Part shown: piece by piece, positions 63,678 to 64,000 of the stretch
How the letters are laid out: each line of letters begins with the position of its first letter
Position numbering within the stretch: position 1 is the first letter of the stretch
DNA from: Camelus dromedarius
Lineage: Eukaryota
Reading direction: 5' to 3'
DNA length: 64,000 bases
Assembly: GCF_036321535.1 (NCBI RefSeq)
Contig: NC_087437.1
Coordinates: 110,424,001-110,488,000, forward strand
Notes under the pieces: generated by a model
Told to the model about the DNA's origin: nothing
The model's input: the letters and a program-made list of their open reading frames with translations, nothing else
Databases searched by the model: none
Made by a program: the position numbers and the translations under genes

Positions 63678-64000
63678 TGGGACACGAAGAGGGCAGGGCA
63701 CAGCAATTCAAGGAATGCTACAGTAACTAACATCAAAATAGTGAAAGGTTCAACCCCCAGTAGGCCTTGAGGCTCAAGATGGTGGCAGATTTAACTTGTA
63801 GCAGACCTTGAGCTTCATTATACGCCCACTGTAATGTATTAACATGGTGAATAACATGCCCACAGGCGCCATGACAGTCCCAAGGCTAGCCACAAAAGGT
63901 CAAAGAGTGGGAAATGGCCAACTTCCTGGGAATCCCAGCCCCTTCCCCTGACTAGTTAGACTGGTCCTTCCACTTACTTCCATATAAAGCTACCAAAGCC
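63678..64000 (+). mobile_element. Second MER41-like LTR (runs off the window end)
   Basis: Shares GCAGGGCACA, AGACCTTGAGCTTCAT, CCCACAGGC..ATGACAGT and AAAAGGTCAAA.AGTGGG with 59016-59517. Confidence 0.8.

Noticed and set aside
59016..64000. Possible provirus between the two MER41-like LTRs
   Set aside because: The first LTR has its own TSD, the two LTRs are too divergent, and no PBS or gag/pol/env sequence is seen between them.

Overview
Mammalian genomic DNA, AT-rich and repeat-dense. It is most likely camelid: two tRNA-Ala-derived vic-1-type SINEs and cetartiodactyl-type young L1 3' ends are present. The window lies in a keratin-associated protein (KRTAP) cluster. The only confidently intact gene is single-exon KRTAP11-1 (29541-30032, minus strand), with TATA box, LEF1/HK1 and HOXC13-type promoter motifs and a polyA signal. 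The rest is mostly L1, L2, MIR, MaLR/ERVL/ERV1 LTRs and hAT DNA-transposon relics; repeat subfamily names are from recall of consensus sequences, not a database search. I see no complete novel multi-gene system. The most notable unexplained structures are: two mutually related, decayed Gly/Tyr/Phe-rich KRTAP-like gene relics (~10.5-10.8 kb and ~17.5-17.7 kb, same strand as KRTAP11-1); a 127-bp inverted duplication templated into an L1 fragment (~35.3-36.0 kb); a TSD-bounded chimeric retroposed insert with non-L1 cargo (22.7-23.3 kb); a MER41-like solo LTR with an intact GAS motif; and several L1 insertion-mechanism signatures.
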